Shown piece after piece: positions 24,161-37,776 of a DNA stretch of 64,000 nt. Position 1 is the first letter of the stretch, and each line of letters opens with the position of its first letter. The position numbers were made by a program, and so were the translations under genes. This DNA is from Klebsormidium nitens (lineage: Eukaryota; Plantae; Klebsormidiophyceae). The DNA lies in the NCBI GenBank assembly GCA_000708835.1, contig DF237025.1:28506-92505 (forward strand). The letters are read 5' to 3'. A model generated the notes under the pieces. The model was given only the letters and a program-made list of their open reading frames with translations, made no database searches and was not told where the DNA came from.

Positions 24161-25672
24161 CTAAATTTGCGCCTCAGCGCATGCGACCAGGTCAAAGCTG
24201 TTGATCTCATCAAACTGGGCGTCAGGATCGTCCCCGAAGTGCGCCACGCCCCGAGCACCGTAATACCGCCCGATCCCACCCGTGATGATGTTCGGGTAGT
24301 TTATTTTCTGGTCATCGTAAACCGGACCTTGCGTGGCAATCATGCTCTTGTCATTGAAGACAAAGGTTTGGTAGCACTCAAATTCGGGTTTGTGGTCAGA
24401 TCCGGCGCCCGCGAGAACTGTCCGGATGCAGTGGCCTTGGACGTATCCGACCACCGTCGTGCGGTCCTCGTAATCGTACAGATTGTTGTTGAAGACCTGA
24501 GAGAGAAGAAGAGCCAGACGTTTTCAGATTCAAACCATGCGTCACCTCTGATTGTCGTTACATTTGATGGTTGTAAGGCAAGAGCTCTTACGGTCACTCT
24601 GTTTGGCTCGCTCTGTCAAATGATCATGAGGTCACTGTAAAGCTCCTAAAGCTCGTCTAGCACGATCTCTGGCAGAAAATGTTTCACCAAAGAACCAGGA
24701 TCGTCTAGGCTTTGTTTGAAGTCAGATTGACAAAGCTTGTCGCAAGACCCTCATGATCCAATTGGCTGTGGCGCTGGCAAGTCAAGGAAACATCTCAGTT
24801 TACACAGAGCTGTCAAGCTGACTCATCTGAACCCACTCGTTAGAGCATGTCCAGAGTGCATCAAGATATGTGTAACTTTCTCCATCCCCTGACAAACAGT
24901 GATTATATTGGCGGCCTTTCTATGCAGAAATAGTTCAAGAGCTGTTAATTGTTTTATAGGAACAGATTGGAGATTCACCGGAGTACTGATGGGGACACAG
25001 ACAATGGCTGACAATCTGAGACAAAGGGGCCCCTCTTACAGCCTTTCTCCACATTGAGGACATCGAACCAGGTGGCCTCTGGGCTGGCTTCAACACCCTC
25101 TGAAGGAGCTTCAGAGCAGGACCAATCAAAGCAACAATCTTCAGCATTAGCGTAATTGGAGAAGAATCAACTCTCACAAATAACCATCGCCCAGCAAAGC
25201 TCTCACTGCCTCCAATCCTTGGGACATCAGAGCAAGCTTTCAGTGGGTTGGCGTCAGAGGTTCCAAAAAGGGGGAAGCTGAGTCCCGGCATTGTACCCCT
25301 TTTCTTGCTTCCTTTTCTTTTCTTGTCTCCAAATGCAACCGGGAATCCGAGCTTGAGCTGTACCAGACCATCAATATCAACCACCAACTCAGAGTCATTG
25401 TTGACAATCAACATCTCAGACGCAAACAAGACGCAATCCCGTAGAGAAGAGTGACGTGCCAGCTCATCTCCGACAGCTTCCTCCCCCGACGGCATCACGT
25501 GGATCCCCGGGTCAGGGAAGGCGCTGTGACGGGGCCCCGGGCCGGGCTTGGAGAAGTTGGTCCACACATGGAAGGAGTGCGACTCGCACACCCACGGAAG
25601 CTTGTTGGCGGCCGCTGACGTCAGCAGCAGCAGCAATGAGCTGACTAGGACTGCAAGGAGAATGCGGGCCAT
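24161..25672 (-). CDS. Secreted allene-oxide-cyclase/dirigent-like beta-barrel protein, 2 exons, about 182 aa
   Basis: Exon 1 25672-25460 (signal peptide MARILLAVLVSSLLLLLTSAAA; GC donor CTG|GCACGT). Exon 2 24496-24161 follows a strong pyrimidine acceptor. The joined GDELVFNNNLYD...VGYVQGHCIR...FECYQTFVF...IATQGP...ITGGIGRYYGARG matches the AOC barrel pattern GDxVPFxNKLY...G.TAGLC...FEATYSF...SVQGP...ITGGxGxFxGAxG. The exon 1 donor is the least certain part. Confidence 0.7.
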
Positions 25673-26960
25673 GATGATGACTGGGCCGCTATGCTTCAGA
25701 TGCTTGGCCCCTGAGAAAGACTCTCAAAAGGTAATTGCTTTGGGCTTTGCTAGTGAGAAGCTTCAAGAACTCAGTGGTGCATAGCGGAAACTCACCGCCA
25801 GCTGGACGAGAGGGAAAATGCGGCTCTGGATTGAAAAGCAATTCAACGCTAGACCTGCATGCAGAGCTACAGCTACAAAGCACAATTGGCGCCCTTTTAC
25901 TACCTAGCTTTCAATTGCATGGGGACCTGCAGCGCATCTGATCCCCGTGTGAGTAGTACTAGAAGCCCCCCATCAAGAATCTGCTCTCGTGTGCTGGCAA
26001 CAGGTCATCTCCTACCTACCTACCTACCTATGCGTGACCCTCTCCTGCTAGCAAGCTTGGGCTGCGATAGATACCGTACACCGTGTCGCCCGGTCGCCGG
26101 GCCGGCAAATAAAACGCATAAGCTATGAGCAGGACGGGGATCCCCCGGCAGCGTCGGACCAACAGGTTACGAGACAGGGGGTTCAAGACAGGGATGCGGT
26201 AGCCCCCCAAATGTTTTTCAACGAAAACGTAAACATGTGTGACCGTGATTGGAGTAAATACGCAATGATCGAGCCGAGAACCTGATTCCTAAATCCGAAC
26301 ACTGCAAGCCTGGGAAAGAATGGGACCAGAGGCTCTGTGATTATTATTAGGGTATCCTGCCGTAACCCAATTTAAGGTTCACGCAGAACGTACCGCTACG
26401 TATACTATACGTGCCAGACGGTTGCGATCTGAGATTAAGCGATGTCCTTATTAGTTCTGTTGCTAGGCATGCATAGCTGACGTCGATATATGTGGGCTAC
26501 GATTGCTGCATAGCTAATGTCAATATGTGTGAACTAGCTAAATTCGATGAGTCCAATACTGGATCTCAGAGGTTGGATCTTCTGATTGTATGATAATGCC
26601 GTAGCAAAGTTCGTCTTCTTTAAAGCGCCTGCATGAGAACCGGGCATGACATGCTCGAACACCCAGAGAGTATAATGTAGCGCAAATCGTCAAAGCTGGC
26701 ATGAGAACCGTGACATGCTTAAACACCCGTTCATCTCTGCATGCTGTTCACTTCGATTCACGAGCCTTGACTACACGTGTCAGGTTGCTCTTTTAGTCCA
26801 AACAGTTCCGGTAAGCTCGTAAGTGAATCAAAGCAGAAACAAACCGTGCCTGTCTCTCATGACGATGTTATAGTGCGCAGTTAGGCTATCACTACTGCAA
26901 GCCTTGCAACTTCACATCGCCCAATAAATTACGGATTCTCCTATACTTATGACTCCTGAG

Positions 26961-29900
26961 CTATTTCGATTCTGCAATGCCAGCAAAGTGCAAACAAAGC
27001 CTTTGATCTCGTCGGTCTCCCCAGCCCCCATAGCCTGTGTAATTGCACGGTGTAAAATCCTGCTGTCTAATCTCAATGCCCCAATCTGGGGACGGTGGTG
27101 GGCGGTCCATCTGCTCTAAAGCGAACGTAATCTTCTCGCTTTCTAAGGCACAGGCTTCGGAGTCCACATTAAGGCCCCGGTTCTCGTGCAGCCCGCACCT
27201 GCCCGCATGGATTACACTCGCGCCTGCACAAGCATCGGCCGTTTTCAGCTCAAATGGTGTTCAGGAATGAAAAGCTAAGGCGACAAGACGGGTTGAGGTT
27301 CCTGAAGTGACGAGGGGGGTGCGGGCACAACCGCAATAAATGTCGAGACCAGACTAGCGGTAACTAGTTGCGGTCTTAGGGAGCACGCAGAGATTGTCAC
27401 TCGCAATCTGGCAGTATCGAGAGCGCAGGTATTCGCCACGACTTCCCCTAAGATCAGCTTGGCACGAAGTCTAGCGACTCCGTCCCTTAACCCCCAGCTG
27501 AAACGGTACGAGTGATCAACGTGAACGAAAAAGGTGTTCATACAAGAGGAGGACAAGTTCGATGCAGCAGGGCTACGGCTTACATATTCACTCCACTGGA
27601 AAGAAGCCTCTCCCTACAGGCTTCCCCCTCTCACCTGCCGCGTGCAGGCTCAGCGTCCCCGGCGCCCAACTCGCCATCACCGCACATTCAAGCGTCCAGT
27701 CCCACCCATAGTCATCAAACCCACAGAACTTGCGGGCTTGCGCCTTTATCCTCCGCCAAACCGTGCGGTTAAATGCGTAACCCATATTCGACATCCGGTC
27801 AGCGACGAAGTGCTCTCCGCCTAGCACGCCCGGCGAATGGGCCCGGTGGCCGGTGCTCAGGCTGACTGCGACGCAGTCCGGGCAGCGCGCGTTCTTCACG
27901 GCAATCAGGACCTGATCGGAACGGAACCAGAACGGAATCAGCACCAGGACAGAACGGAAATGTGGACGGATGCAGATGAAAACAGCGAGCGTGATCTCCA
28001 AGGCGACGAGGAGGTGGGGGGTTCAGAATTTAACCGTGTGAGGGGAAGAAGTACTGAGACACTGAGCGGACGGAACCGTAAGGGACATGAAGGGAGCGGG
28101 AAAAATGGAAAATGAATGATGCGATTAGAGAAATGGAAGCCAGGAACCGAGCGGGAGCGAGCGGGCAGAAAGTCTGGGCAATGATTACGCTTCAAGTCGA
28201 TAAAAACCACAATCAGAAGATTGAAATCGTTTGGAGGGAGGGGGGCCTATAGGGGCGGACACCAGGGTTGGAACTTCGAAACGGAGCTGGACCAGAACAA
28301 AGTCACTTAGAATCTTAGAAAGGGGGAGAAAAGTAACTGGAGGCATATAGGCAACAAGACCAGTGCTTCTCTCGCTGGAAAGGAATTCAAAATTCACCAG
28401 AATGCAGCCGCAACAAAGCTGAATGAACTGAACGGACGACTTTGATGAACGGGTCGAGTGACAGGAATGAACGGAACAATGAGATGAATGGGAGACTTGG
28501 GCACGAAACAACGGAACGAAATAGTCTGAGCTCACAAGCCCGGAGCTTTGCAACGGTAATCAGATGTGGAAGTCAAGATCAAAATGCAGAAAAGTTGCGG
28601 GACCAAGCGGAAAGTAAGGACGAATACGGAATGAAGAGTCCGTGATTGACAATCATCAACAAGTGATTCGTTGATGAATCAGGAACCGTGGATGAAACGA
28701 AAAGGCGAAGGGAAGAAAAGCGGATGGCAGCAGAGGAAAGGAGCGGAAGGTCTAGGAGGGAATGCGGTCCGAGCACAGTCGGACCTGAGCGGAAGAACGG
28801 AATCAAGGCGGAATGCCGGACGAGTGCGTACACGTGCAGGAGAGCGGCCCCTTACCTGGAGTGTACGATAAGCGTTGGGAACCACTAAGTGGTCCTCTTC
28901 AAGGAAACATATGTGGCCGTCAAAGTTTTGGAACTCCTCCATCTCGTCCCACACTTGGTTCATCAACCAGAACCAGTGGTGCTGCGGAATAGGAATGAAA
29001 GCTTTCAGTAAGCGAAGGAAAGAATAGCAGAGTCCGAATTTGCTCTAATATATCAGGTCAGACGACCTGACGCGATCCCGAATGCTTGTAAGCGACTTCG
29101 GGATTCGCCACGAAAGAACGACAGAGTGTTCCTGGTGCATCTTAGGGTGTGCATCGAAAGAGAGACGGCTTTTCGAAGCTGGTAACTGGAGAGATTCGGT
29201 CTCACTTCGACTACTTGTAGGCAGATGCTCTATCCTCAACAACATTCACAATTCAACAGTTTACCTCTTACGACACACAATTTCAATGACCAGTTTTTCA
29301 GAGTCACTTTCAAGGCGAGCTAGCCCTCCCTGCCTAGTACGCATCCAAAAGACGCATCCAAAGATAAGTATCAGCCGACGTGGCAGATCCTGATTAGGCC
29401 AGTCAATTCTCACTGAACGACACGATTAATGCAGATCTTGATTGGGTCAGTCAATGCGCGCTGAACAACAGAATCAACGCTTTGCTCTACTGTAAGAGGC
29501 ATCAACGACCGAAGAGGGTTTATGCCTCACTTTCAGGCCCACGAAGAAGGGGTTTCGAAAGTTGTCGTACTGGTCTGAATCCCCCGTGCAACCATCTGGC
29601 GCTGGTGTTATTGGAGATGGGGTTCCGGGGCAATCATCGGGGGAGCGGCTGGGAAAGCTGTTTTTTGAAGTTGTGCGGTGAGAACGGAGCAAAGATCTGG
29701 GGAAGAACGGGCGTTTGCTGAAGTAAAGATCGCAAACTTATGAGCCATGTCAAGCATTGAGCAACAGATTATAGTTTGAGGATAGAGCGAATCAAGGTCT
29801 GTTGCTAAGACTCTTGATACATCTGCTGATATGCTTACACAGCACCCACATTGGTCAATTGGTCCCACAACAGTTGTTGCTAAGGCGTTCAAAGAACGTT

Positions 29901-30904
29901 GCAGCATGAGCTGTCCACAGTAAGTCAGCCTCTGACATAGAATCATGGCAACCCAGGCTGTGAGATTGACTCAAGTGGTGGCAAACCAACGAAGCGTTCC
30001 AGTGGATCACTGATCAGACTGTCCAGCGTACACTGGGGCAACAATTCAGCTGAAAAAGTAAGGCGAATCCCGCGGTTGAAGCTCTTGCTCCAACGAGGAA
30101 ACGAAGGATCTGGACCTCTTCCTTTTCAGTTGGTAGATTCCTGACAGAACTACTTTTATCATCATTAACAGCAAGCCAGTTGATGCTTCTGAACCTACTC
30201 CAGGAAAGAAGCAGTAAAACTTACCTGCTTAATCCTCATGAAGGTGAACTCACGAACCACCGCCACCACTTCTGGAAAGTATCCGTCATGGCTCACAATC
30301 AGAAGACTCTCCGCGATTCCGTCAACTCGCGACAGCCTGGTTAGCACTTCCCTTAAGTACGCCGGCCGGTTATGGACATAAACGACGATAGGTACAGTTG
30401 TTGGCGTGATGCTTGCTCTGACAGTAGCGTTGCTGTTGCGCCAAAGGCCTCTTCTGTTGAAGTCCAACATCTGGCGTGAGAGTTTGTTGGAGGGAGGCCA
30501 TCCTTGGCCTGGTGACGGGGGCGAGAAATCATCTGGATTGGGGGGGGGAGTCGTGTCACTACTGGGGTAATCTGGATCATCTAGAGAGACGTTCTGAAAT
30601 TCAGAGTGAGAATACACACTGGTGAGAAGTGCTTCTGTACTACTTGCATCATCTGGAAGGGCGCCTTTGAAACTTACTTCTTTAAGAGTGCTAATTCCTA
30701 GTAACTCATCAGATCTGGGCTTGACACAGGAGCCCCCCAACTTGACTGGAACCATCCTATGCCAGGACTAGCTGGCCCTTGGACCGCGCCAAGGTTTGCC
30801 AGAATCATGAGGGTGGCGACAGCAATTGCTGGAAGCACCCAGCGCTTCTGGCCCCACTTCCTTGAAGCATTGGCGTCGATTTGCTCCTGGTTTTCCACAT
30901 CCAT
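26961..30904 (-). CDS. MGAT2: Alpha-1,6-mannosyl-glycoprotein 2-beta-N-acetylglucosaminyltransferase (GnT-II, GT16); apparent +1 frameshift at 29661-29666
   Basis: Type II TM near the ATG at 30904; IVVYVHNRPAYL...LLIVSHDGYF (exon ends 30225); exons 29696-29531, 28981-28856 (HHWFWMMN, LEEDH), 27911-27635 (CPDC, FDDYGWDW), 27223-26961 (GRCGLH, GYGGWGDRRD). The 5' junction near 30650-30750 is unresolved. Confidence 0.9.
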
Positions 30905-31538
30905 GCTGGCTCGCCGGCATGATCACTTTGGTGCAACAGGGCTGATCCGTGCCGTGCTTCAGAGACTCAAAGGCTGTGATCCGCTATGTGGAACATCGTC
31001 TTCTCTTACTGTTCATGGAACTAAAGAGGAGCTTTCATTGATGCAGACTTGTTTCTAACATAAACCTGTCAGCGCCTTGATTGTGGTATCACTCCAGCTC
31101 TTGCCCTGGACGCTCATCTGAGAAATGCTACAATCTGGTTGTCTTGCTCCAAGGCTGCATTTGCAAATGCGAAGGCATACTTGTCTGTTGCAGTAAGGTG
31201 ATGCAATTCAGACCGCCTCACACAACCTGTGATGTGAGCACCAAACGTACACGTTTTCAATGACAGGCAAATCCTTCCGCCAGCTCAAATGCCACAAACT
31301 CAGTGCGCACAATCCTCCTTTGCAGATCAACATTGGCAAGCCTGCAAACTTCAATGCTGCACAGCTGTTGGCTCAGCAAGACCAGCCATTGCTGCAACAG
31401 CAGCAGAATGTTCATCATCACGTTCTGCTTGCAAACAACGTGCTCTAGAGCTGGAATATTATCCACTTGGATTCAGAACATGCTCAGAAAATTACGTAAG
31501 TTGAACAGTGATTTCGGAATCAAAGCGGCACCGGGAGG

Positions 31539-31560
31539 TTTAGGGTTTTGTTTTAGGGTT
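31539..31560. promoter_or_regulatory. Two telo-box-like (AAACCCTAA) motifs in the divergent GnT-II / coiled-coil intergenic region
   Basis: TTTAGGGTTT at 31539-31548 and TTTTAGGGTT at 31551-31560. Confidence 0.3.
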
Positions 31561-32140
31561 CCATTGCATGTGAGAGCTGGGCTAGCTGAGCCAAGTACTA
31601 AAACCCCCCTAGCCTGGGCAGGGAGTCGGAGCTGTTGCACAAGGGAGCGGTCTGTTGGAGCTGTTGCTATTGCCTGGAATTGAACGCTTGATCGTTACAA
31701 AATGCTGTAGGTGAGGATCCGTAGATAAATCCGTCCATCACATGTACACTTTTTCTTTGCCCTCTGGGCTATACCGAAAGAAACCATCTACCGAAAGAAA
31801 CCATTTGCTAGACGATCAATTTTCTGGACAGGGTCCAGCTAGCATACCAAGCAAGCCGGCTGATCAGTGCTCCTGTAGGCACTGCGTCTCTTGACAGGTA
31901 GACCACCTTTTGCAGGGACTTCACACAAGGGGGGGCAACATCTCTGTTTGAAAATTTGTGACCTGCCGCAGTCATTTGTTCAGTGCTCGCATGTTCGTTT
32001 CTGTAGCAGACTACATGAGACGGTGAGCGGAGGTTGGTTAGAGCAACGTAGTCAGACTCAGGGGTAAGGACAATCTTCAGGAGCTTTGCAACATCTTTGT
32101 TGCATGCCGAAGGCCCACTTCGCCCAGCTTGCTCTGACAG

Positions 32141-35100
32141 ATGGCAAACCCGGCTGAATCTGAGGTTCCGGAAACCAGTCACAGCGCTCCAGGTGGCGCC
32201 GCAGCGGCCATGGAGCTGATCGCTGAGCTGGAGGAGCGGCTGGAGAAGGCGCAGGCAGAAAAGGAGCGTCTGCAGAGGGACGTTGATGAGCTGTGCAAGC
32301 AGCAGGTGGGGCAGGGGCTTCTGGGGGTGGCCTTTGGGTCTTCGGAGGCCGTCGCAAGGTATGCGAATGCTTGTAATCTGTTTGTTGAAAATGGCATTCT
32401 GTCGCCCCGCTGCTCTTTGTGGAAAGCGGGGGGTGACGTTTCGCAGTGCTGAACATGTGAATTGGTGCCAGACGCATGATTTGACAGCATAATATACTGC
32501 CTGTGTCTCTCTCCTGAAATACGGGTGGGCTGGCGCCCCTGCGAAACCCCCCCCACTCTCTGGTTGCAGCCCGTGTGTCAGTACTTGAGGCAGAGAGGTT
32601 GTTGCGAATTTCGCTGCCGTATGATTTTTTGAAGAAGGAGGTTTTTCTACCTTCAACCTTTCCAGTCGAATGGCTTGACCAAAGCGAAGGAACCTCTTAC
32701 ATACTTAGAATAATTGGGCAGGTCACCCAGATTGTTTTAAGATTCCAAATCTCTAACAGTCCGCCCACTTGTCCTGGGGCCTTGGGAGATATTTCACCCG
32801 TTCCAAATGGTGGGCGAGTAAGAAAGCTGTCACTTAGTTTGAATGCTAAATGGTTCCTCGACATTCAGCCGGACAATTGTTCAAGCCCAGTGCTTCAGCA
32901 TCTCGGCCTTTCAAACTACAATTCACTGCCAATATGACTCTTCACAAAGTGCCCCTTCCTGAGTTGCAACATTTTCGCTCGCCCCTTCGGCAAGAATTTT
33001 TATGTTCTTCCCTCATGCTCAACTTTCCTTCTTCTTACTCACTTCAGTCTACCGTTTTCGTGTAGGATACACGCCCGGAGGGTGAGTGGCTTGGAGGATC
33101 AGATACGCGGTTGGAAGGCCCAGAACCAGGAATTGACCAAGCAAGCCGCTGAGATGCAAGTGAGGGGTTTGATTGTCGCTGACCCGGTTACACATCTTAC
33201 TTGTGAGAGAAATAAAATGGTTCGTGTTGAAGGTAGAGTGAGCGGTATGTTCCTGGACCTAACCTAGCAATGGATGGGGAATGTGGTTTGTCGCTGAGAG
33301 GTACAAAGGAGGGGATTAGGCTTTGTTGGGTACTTGTCCGTGGTCCAAAGTCCTCAAAAAGAGTATGGAGACTTCAACCCAACCTATGCAGTGCTCGCAA
33401 CTCATGTGTTGACAACGTGCAACAAATTCTTATGGATTGCAGCACGGTCCAAGCCGGTCGTTCGTTGACGCCAATGAACTAGGACAATCGCCAACCCTCC
33501 GACCAACTTGAGAATCCGAAACTCATGCAACTGCTTCTCATCCAGGCTGAGATTCGGGAGCTGCACCGCACAAAGACCATCGCCCAGCAGGCGCTGCGCG
33601 ACGCCGACGAGCGCGCACGGCTGGCGCGCGCCGACGTCGCCCACTTTCAGAACCAGGTCGCGGCGGCGCTGGGGCAGCGGGACGAGGCGCTGCTCGAAGC
33701 CGACCAGGCCAAGGAGCGGTGTGAAAAGGCGCTAAGCGAGTGTGAAGCGGCTCAAGAGCGGTGTGAAAAAGCAATCCAGGAGAGGGATCGGTTAGGAACA
33801 GAGCTGGCGGAGTTGAAGGCGGAGGTGGGCCGGTTTCTGCACGAGGGGGGTGAAAGTGGGGCCCTAAGGAGCCCCCCGGAAGCGATTGGGCAGGACGCGG
33901 CGGAGGGGATGTGCCAGGAATGTGGGAGAGGATCGTCCAGGCGGGAAGAGGAAGGAGGGGCGGAAGAGTCCGATGTAAACGACGAGGCGGTTAGCGAGGA
34001 AGAGCAAGACACGGCTAGTGAAGGATCCTTCGACGAAGAGTCGGTTAATGCAGGACGATTGGGAGAAGACGCTTCTGAACCAGGAGAAGCAAGTGACGGA
34101 TGTTTGAACGTCCAGAAAGGGACGCCAGGGGAGGGCTTCGCTAGTGAAGCTTATGAAGCGGAGAGGCGGGCGATGCATGAGAGAGTGGAAAGCTTGGAGG
34201 AGCAATTGCGGCTGGTGACGGAAGAAAGGGAGTTGCTCAGGAATGAGCTAGAGGCCTCAAAACGGGAAGAAAAAGATGGGGGTAATTTGAGAGCTGCTGT
34301 TGGGACGGTGGCTGAGACGCAATTCGTTGGAGGAGTTGTTAAGAGGAAGGGTGTAGAGACGCAGATAGGAACGGCCGCAGATGCATCGGCATCAGAAGAA
34401 ACGGAGGCCGAGTTGCGGGAATCGACCACAACAGCGCTCGGCAAAGAAACTCATACAGAAGCAGAGTCGGAAGTAGAGCGAGAGAAACGAGAGCCGGTAC
34501 GCGCAGAGTCACTGCCACGTGTCAACGTTTTCGACGTCGATGCGCTCGGCGCAGGGCTTGTGAGTGCCAGCTCGGCTTTGCAAGCGCAGCTGTCGCAGCT
34601 TCTGAACGAGCCGGGAGTTGCGTCTGTGCTCGAAGAAACTGCAGAACGGGCGATAGCCAGTCAAGAACTCCCGGAAAGTGCCACGTCATCGGCCGAAAAT
34701 AGGTCTCTGGATCTGTCCCTTTCCTCTACCCACCCCTGGAAACTTCCTCGGCCGAACAGGGTCAGCGAGCTCGACGAGTCTGCTAACCTTGGCGCAACCT
34801 CTTCAGTCAACTCACACAAAGCGAGCGAAAGCCCCTCGGATCAACCTTCAGCTCCCAGCAATAGTAGCTCCGATAAGCCCCCAGACTCCGGCAATAGTCG
34901 ACTAGGAGGTCTATCCAACTCCGACGGCTTATCGGCGATTCCTGGCGAAGAGTTCGATGTGCGGCGCGCCCTCGCACAGGCAGCACAGGAAAAGGTCGCG
35001 GCCCTAGTTCTGCTGAGTCAGCAAGAGGAGCGGCACGAGATGGAGGCGCGCCAAACCCTAAACCTCCACGCGCGACTCGGGGAGGCGCAGGAGCGGCTCG

Positions 35101-37776
35101 CGGACGTGGTCCAGGAGAAGGTCGCGGCGCTGCTCGAAGTAGCGCAGTTGAGGGAAGAGGTTAAGAATCTGAAGGACTCGGAGAGGTGAGGGGTAACAGT
35201 TGGGGCTCTTCAGGTGCATTGGTCATTCTTGCAGGGGTCTATTCCCGCAAGCAGAAGAGCCATCAATTTCAATAAAACATAAAAACTGAAAGGAAAAAGT
35301 CTTTTTTTTTGAATAAAATTGAGAAATGATTGAAAAAGCATGCGTTTTTTTAAAGATACGCGTGGGAGACCTCTAGAGTCGTTGGTTGGGTGCTATGGAT
35401 ACGGCTTCCAGATGTGCTTAACGATTTAAGGACGAACGTGGTCTCAACCTTGAAGAACTCTGAGAGCGGGTGATGTGCACTAATTGGATTGCCCATCGTA
35501 AGTATTGATCTCTGTCGACTGACATTGAAGTTTCCGGTCTGATGTGATTTGAAGCTCGATTCCGGGCCGAACGATTTGGGTTGTCAGGCTGCTCCAAGTG
35601 GCGCGACTGTGGCGAGGAGAATCTGGTCAATACCTTTTTAAGATAGAGTGTAAGGCCGGGCTGAATCCGAGGTTTGCTCTCCGAATCCGAAGTCTTGGGA
35701 TTTGGCTCGCGGACAAAATCATCAAGCTACAGGAGGAGGAGCCACGTCCGAAGCACGTACGATCTCAGCTGTAGGCATATGCTCTTTCAAACGCAACTTC
35801 ACCTATCTTCAAATCTACAGAAAACCTTGATACTTCTGAGATCTTGTACAAGTGTTGAGATAGGCCATTGTCTCGCAGCACTTGCCCTCCCTTGCTTTTC
35901 AACGATCTTCTTGATCGCCGTTGACACCAGGAGTCGGGAAATATTTTAAACGTGTACAAGCCAGATGCTGTTCCATAAACAACGGGCAAGTATGAGGATG
36001 AAGAAGTGGCCATCGCAACCACTCTCAACCCTCAATTCTTGCCTTCTCCACAGGCGGCTCTCCGCTCTGATCCAGCAGCAGCAGGGGGTCAGCTCGCTCA
36101 GTAGCAGGCTGCTCCCCGCAGTCTGGTCCAAACCCCCCGCGGCAAAAGACGGGGCAAAAGAAAGCGGCCAGGGAAACAGTGCCAGATCGCCCGCCGTCAG
36201 CCCGTCTCCCAGCGCCGTGTCATTGGAAGAGCAGGTTAGCAAGCCGCGTTGGTCACCGAGCTTGTTTGTATTCGGTGGCATAGCTGACCGTTCCTACAAA
36301 GGAGATTCGCATGTAGGTGCTCGTGTTTCTTCTGGAGATTCTCGTCCTTGACGAGTCTCGAAAGGTTTGGCGAAGGCGAAGGAGAATGAGCTCCGAAATG
36401 GTTGGTGCCATCGAGAGGGAGCACCCGAGCCACCGTTTGTGATTGGTGCAGAATTATCACTGCCCAATAGGACCAGGAGATGAAGTCGGGATTGTACACG
36501 CATGCTCGAGGATCAACCCCGGCTGAATTGTGCAGCACTGATAAATCTTAAAGCAATAAAGCGGACGAGTGAGGCGAGGGAGCGAACGGTCGAATTGCTC
36601 CCTGTGATCGTCCTTGATCTGTCAGGAATTCCAGCTTCGATTCGTCTGGCCTACTTTGAGTCACAAGTTCCAGGACACGTCACCCTGCGTCATGCCGTTG
36701 ACACGTGTCTTTTCATCCCCTAGGAACGAACTGGCCCCACTAGCCCCAGCTGGTTCTCCGCCAAGCCCGCCTCCGCCCCGACCAGCCGCCGGCATTCCGG
36801 CAATGGAACCGGAACCGGAACCGGAACGGACCCCCAACAGAAGAAGCCCAATTGGTACCGGGGCTGGATCCCCCGGGGTGACGTCAGCAAACGCCCTGCG
36901 AGAAGCGAGGGATGGAGCAGCGGGGACGAGGGGGGGGGTGACGTGGCGCGCCTGCGGGTGGAATTTGCAGCGCTCCAGGAGAGAGTCGCGACGGTGGATC
37001 GGCTGACGGCGTCGGTGCATAAGCTGCGGACCAGACTCGCGGGGGTGAGGGAATTTTACCGACTAATTATTGGAAATTATGCTGCGAGTAATGGATGTTG
37101 AAGCGGGCGAGTCTCGAATGAGACCCAAGCAGGAGCATGAAGCGTGCTAGTATCAGTCGAAATCCTTTTGGCGTATGTTACCACAAACAGCAGTTGTAAT
37201 GTTGGGGTCTGGCGGAAACAACCGAGAAGGAGTTGCCTCTCAATTCGCGCATCTGGCTCTCTCACCAGATTATTCACGCTGTTCTGGATGGAGTCGTCAG
37301 TCTATTTCGTAGTTGGCTCGGGCATCGATTGGTTCCTTCTTATTGGATTGATGTGCGGGCACTGTGTACAGACGATTGATCACCAACGTTCAGATGACTA
37401 ACTCAAACTTCACTTCTAAACGTTGCAGGCTGTAAGCGGAGTCCCCAACATCGATAGCCTATCCTCCTCCCAAAGCGTATCCCATGTTCGCGCCGCCCTT
37501 GAGACCATCGAAGCAGTGGCGACCGAGGCGGGGCAGCTTAAGACTGCGCTGGGGGGCTCTTTGCCAGTAAGTTACTCGGAAGAGGGGGGGTACTCCACCA
37601 GCGAAAACGAGGGGGTAAAAACGGGAACGCGCGATGTGATGGATACTGCAGCGGCGGCGGGGGTTGAAATGGCGGAACTGATCATAGCAACGGCGGAAGT
37701 GCAACGGGGGGTCTTGCAGAAACTGCTTGAGAATGATTCCAAGGGATCCCCTCAGAGTGGTGGGTTATTGGCGTGA
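32141..37776 (+). CDS. Plant-type long coiled-coil protein (resembles the 'myosin heavy chain-related' AT2G14680 family), 6 exons
   Basis: Exons 32141-32358, 33066-33159, 33546-35185, 36054-36234, 36724-37044, 37429-37776; phase-consistent. Motifs LQRDVDELCKQQ, HFQNQVAAALGQRDEALLEA, EKVAALVLLSQQEERH, EKVAALLEVAQL, ARLRVEFAALQE. The family assignment is from memory. Confidence 0.8.

Noticed and set aside
24935-25459. Open frame continuing 174 codons past the proposed AOC-like GC donor
   Set aside because: No recognisable homology, whereas splicing yields the barrel motif. Intron retention cannot be excluded without cDNA.
36614-37006. Pro-rich PEPEPE ORF as a coiled-coil gene exon
   Set aside because: Wrong frame. 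The conserved reading (NWYRGWIP...ARLRVEFAALQE) is in the frame reached via exon 36054-36234, so no frameshift is needed.
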